Below, in pieces: positions 27,617-30,162 of a stretch of DNA of 30,162 nt; position 1 is the stretch's first letter; every line of letters begins with the position of its first letter. Below the pieces are notes generated by a model. That model did no database searches, was not told the DNA's origin, and worked only from the letters and a program-made list of their open reading frames with translations. The stretch comes from a virus (Duplodnaviria; Heunggongvirae; Uroviricota; Caudoviricetes). A program made the position numbers and the translations under genes. The DNA is taken from IMG/VR virus record IMGVR_UViG_2545824717_000013; one strand, 5' to 3'.

Positions 27617-28502
27617 AAAAAATGAATTCTCAATAATTCAAATTGAGATTGCAAAAATAAAATTTCTTAACCCACGAACAAGAAATAAGGTAGTGCATGA
27701 AGAAATAAAGGAAAGCATAAAAAAAAGAGGATTAAGCAAGCCAATAAGCGTAAGAGCTATTGATGAAGGCGATTTCAAATATGCTTTAATTTGTGGTCAA
27801 GGGAGAATAGAGGCTCTCGTTGCATTAGGTGAAACTATTATTCCAGCAATTATAAGAGATGTATCAGAAGAAGATGCTTACGTTATGAGTTTAGTTGAAA
27901 ACATTGCAAGGAGAAGACCACGTTCTAATGAGTTATTACAGGTGATTAAAGACATGAAAATCAGAGGACTTTCAGACTCCGAAATAAGTGAGATTACTGG
28001 ATATTCATCGAACTGGGTGAGCAGTATTAATATGCTACTTGATAAGGGAGAGCATAAACTTCTCTCAGCAGTCGAACGGGGTAATTTGCCTCTGTATCTC
28101 GCAGTGCAATTTGCAAGATGTGAAACTGAGGAAGCACAAGATATTCTTACCGAAGCATATGATAAAAAATTAATAAAAAGTCGGGACATTATAAAGATAA
28201 AACACATTCTAAATCAAAGAACAGTTGGGAATAAAGGTGCAAAAGCAGCCGGATTTTATTATCACAAACCATCAAAAAGGATGACTGCAGAGGAGTTGAT
28301 TGAGCTTTATGAAAATAGTATCGCTGAACATAAATCTGTTTATAACAACTCAAAATTCATAAAAACCAACCTACTAATAGTAAATGAGATTTTTAACATC
28401 ATAATGATGAATAAAAGCTTTCAACATATACTTGAACAAGAGAATCTTTCAGAACTACCATCTCAGATATTAACCCCAGTAAACAAAGAGGTATTAAAAT
28501 GA
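27606..28502 (+). CDS. ParB/sulfiredoxin-like domain protein 1
   Basis: 298 aa; N-terminal IQIEIAKIKFLNPRTRNK...ICGQGRIEAL resembles ParB N-terminal nuclease-like domain; overlaps recombinase stop. Confidence 0.65.
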   Translation: MLPEKNEFSIIQIEIAKIKFLNPRTRNKVVHEEIKESIKKRGLSKPISVRAIDEGDFKYALICGQGRIEALVALGETIIPAIIRDVSEEDAYVMSLVENIARRRPRSNELLQVIKDMKIRGLSDSEISEITGYSSNWVSSINMLLDKGEHKLLSAVERGNLPLYLAVQFARCETEEAQDILTEAYDKKLIKSRDIIKIKHILNQRTVGNKGAKAAGFYYHKPSKRMTAEELIELYENSIAEHKSVYNNSKFIKTNLLIVNEIFNIIMMNKSFQHILEQENLSELPSQILTPVNKEVLK

Positions 28503-29395
28503 TTCAGATACGTTTTGGCGATAATTTTATTTACCTGGAAACTAATAAGTTAATTCCATCTAAGGAATTATTAGAAAACGTAAAGCGAAGCCATAAATAT
28601 CATCAAATAGTTACCTCTATCGAAAGCTTAGGTATTATTGAACCAATAATAGTATTCTATGACAAAGATAAAGATGTCACTAAGATACTTGATGGCCATT
28701 TAAGGGTTGAGGCTTTAAAAGACTTAGGTATAGAAAAAGCTCCATGTATACTTTCGAGCATAGATGATGCTTTCACTCCTAACAAACAAGTGAATCATAT
28801 AAATGTAGTTGAAGAACATAGAATGATAATTAAGTCTCTGGCAAAAGTATCAATTGAAAAACTTAGTGCTGCTTTGGGCATATCTGTTGATGCCATAAAA
28901 GATAAAGCGAATGTGATGAACGGCATAGATCCAAGTGTAATTGCGAAACTTTCTGATAAACCTATACCTAAGGCTACATTTGACGTTTTGAGGAAAATGA
29001 AGCCAATTCGCCAAATTGAAGCAGTCGGTACAATGATTAATTTTGATAATTATAGTAAAAAATTTGCAATGAGCATCTTGGATGCAACACCGGCATCGAT
29101 GATAGTAAATAAAGGGAAAAACACTCCCTATAAAAAGGACATAAAAAAAACCATACTTCGTCTGGAACAAGAAATGGCAACAACTTCGGAAGAAACGAAA
29201 AAGCTTCAAACCGAGTATGGTTCAGATATGTTGAAATTCGTTATAATCCAGTCATATATTAATAAATTACTTGGCAATTCTAAAGTTCTTCATTGGTTCT
29301 TAGAAAACGAGGTTGATTATCTTAATGAGTTAAAAAGAATTTCTAGAATAAATTCTTTGGATGATAAGACTCTTACTGAAAACAGCAAGTCATAG
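28499..29395 (+). CDS. ParB/sulfiredoxin-like domain protein 2
   Basis: 298 aa; IIEPIIVF...LDGHLRVEAL ParB-like motif; start overlaps stop of previous gene (ATGA). Confidence 0.6.
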   Translation: MIQIRFGDNFIYLETNKLIPSKELLENVKRSHKYHQIVTSIESLGIIEPIIVFYDKDKDVTKILDGHLRVEALKDLGIEKAPCILSSIDDAFTPNKQVNHINVVEEHRMIIKSLAKVSIEKLSAALGISVDAIKDKANVMNGIDPSVIAKLSDKPIPKATFDVLRKMKPIRQIEAVGTMINFDNYSKKFAMSILDATPASMIVNKGKNTPYKKDIKKTILRLEQEMATTSEETKKLQTEYGSDMLKFVIIQSYINKLLGNSKVLHWFLENEVDYLNELKRISRINSLDDKTLTENSKS

Positions 29396-29775
29396 TCATG
29401 GTTTTATATAGCCTAAATAAACCAAGAAGTATACTTACACAACGACCTTCACGCCGAAGAAGCTGTCAGATACGCCAGCAACCAAAGCATTACGTTTAAG
29501 TGTCAGTCATTGATACGAAGGGATAACTGCGTATCAGCAGCCGGACATTGAGTCGAATAAAGGCTGGTAGAGAGGGACAGTTCTGTGTCACCGGGAGATT
29601 CGTCAGAAACATCAGCGGCAGAACAGATGAACCAGCAATTGGTAGTGCACAGAAAACTCTCCAGTATTTAATTATTCAACTTAACACTAAAAAAAATCAC
29701 ATAGTTAATATCATAATTTTTCTTTGGTCTACGTATGCGAGAGATATTGTGGCTTTAACCGGGTATTAGGAGTCG

Positions 29776-30162
29776 GGTAATGACTCCAACTTATTGATAG
29801 TGTTTTATGTTCAGATAATGCCCGATGACTTTGTCATGCAGCTCCACCGATTTTGAGAACGACAGCGACTTCCGTCCCAGCCGTGCCAGGTGCTGCCTCA
29901 GATTCAGGTTATGCCGCTCAATTCGCTGCGTATATCGCTTGCTGATTACGTGCAGCTTTCCCTTCAGGCGTGATTCATACAGCGGCCAGCCATCCGTCAT
30001 CCATATCACCACGTCAAAGGGTGACAGCAGGCTCATAAGACGCCCCAGCGTCGCCATAGTGCGTTCACCGAATACGTGCGCAACAACCGTCTTCCGGAGC
30101 CTGTCATACGCGTAAAACAGCCAGCGCTGGCGCGATTTAGCCCCGACATAGCCCCACTGTTC
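29776..30162. mobile_element. IS1 insertion sequence, partial (continues beyond window)
   Basis: Begins with IS1 terminal inverted repeat GGTAATGACTCCAACTTATTGATAGTG and matches IS1 sequence through the window end. Confidence 0.9.
29791..30162 (-). CDS. insB: IS1 transposase InsB, C-terminal part (5' end outside window)
   Basis: ...[88 protein letters not shown] matches IS1 InsB. Confidence 0.85.
   Translation of the reverse strand, partial: EQWGYVGAKSRQRWLFYAYDRLRKTVVAHVFGERTMATLGRLMSLLSPFDVVIWMTDGWPLYESRLKGKLHVISKRYTQRIERHNLNLRQHLARLGRKSLSFSKSVELHDKVIGHYLNIKHYQ

Noticed and set aside
29548-29769. 73-aa ORF between the second ParB-like gene and IS1
   Set aside because: Non-ATG start, mixed composition, abuts the IS1 end; more likely a remnant than a gene.
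1-30162. CRISPR arrays, rRNA or tRNA genes
   Set aside because: No regularly spaced short repeats or tRNA-like cloverleaf sequences were seen; the only stable RNA recognised is tmRNA.

Overview
Enterobacterial (E. coli-like) smpB-ssrA locus carrying two tandem integrated elements that both target the 3' end of ssrA. Element 1 (about 1065..24336) is a P2/186-family prophage remnant, bounded by a 49-bp direct repeat of the ssrA 3' end. It keeps ogr, the tail genes D-U-T-E-FII-FI, a Pin-type invertase with an invertible tail-fibre cassette, terminase P, portal Q, a 5'-half of replication gene A, a Dam methylase, the apl/cII/cI switch and int. All head, lysis and baseplate genes and the constant part of the tail-fibre gene are missing, with the junction next to a gix-like site. 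Several AT-rich cargo genes sit in this remnant: a kinase-cytidine deaminase fusion resembling antiviral dCTP deaminases (between int and attR), a zinc-ribbon/DUF4145-like protein and a membrane protein flanking a probable cos site, and a WYL-like/BRCT-like pair split at an A7 tract. Element 2 (from about 24337) starts with a P4/CP4-57-type integrase followed by an AT-rich cassette of a large serine recombinase plus two ParB-like proteins, cut off by a partial IS1 at the window end. No CRISPR array or rRNA/tRNA was seen. Family assignments are from motif recognition by eye, not database searches. Hand-derived coordinates (RNA ends, repeats, sites) may be off by 1-2 bp, because my hand indexing disagrees with the ORF track by 1 nt in at least two places.
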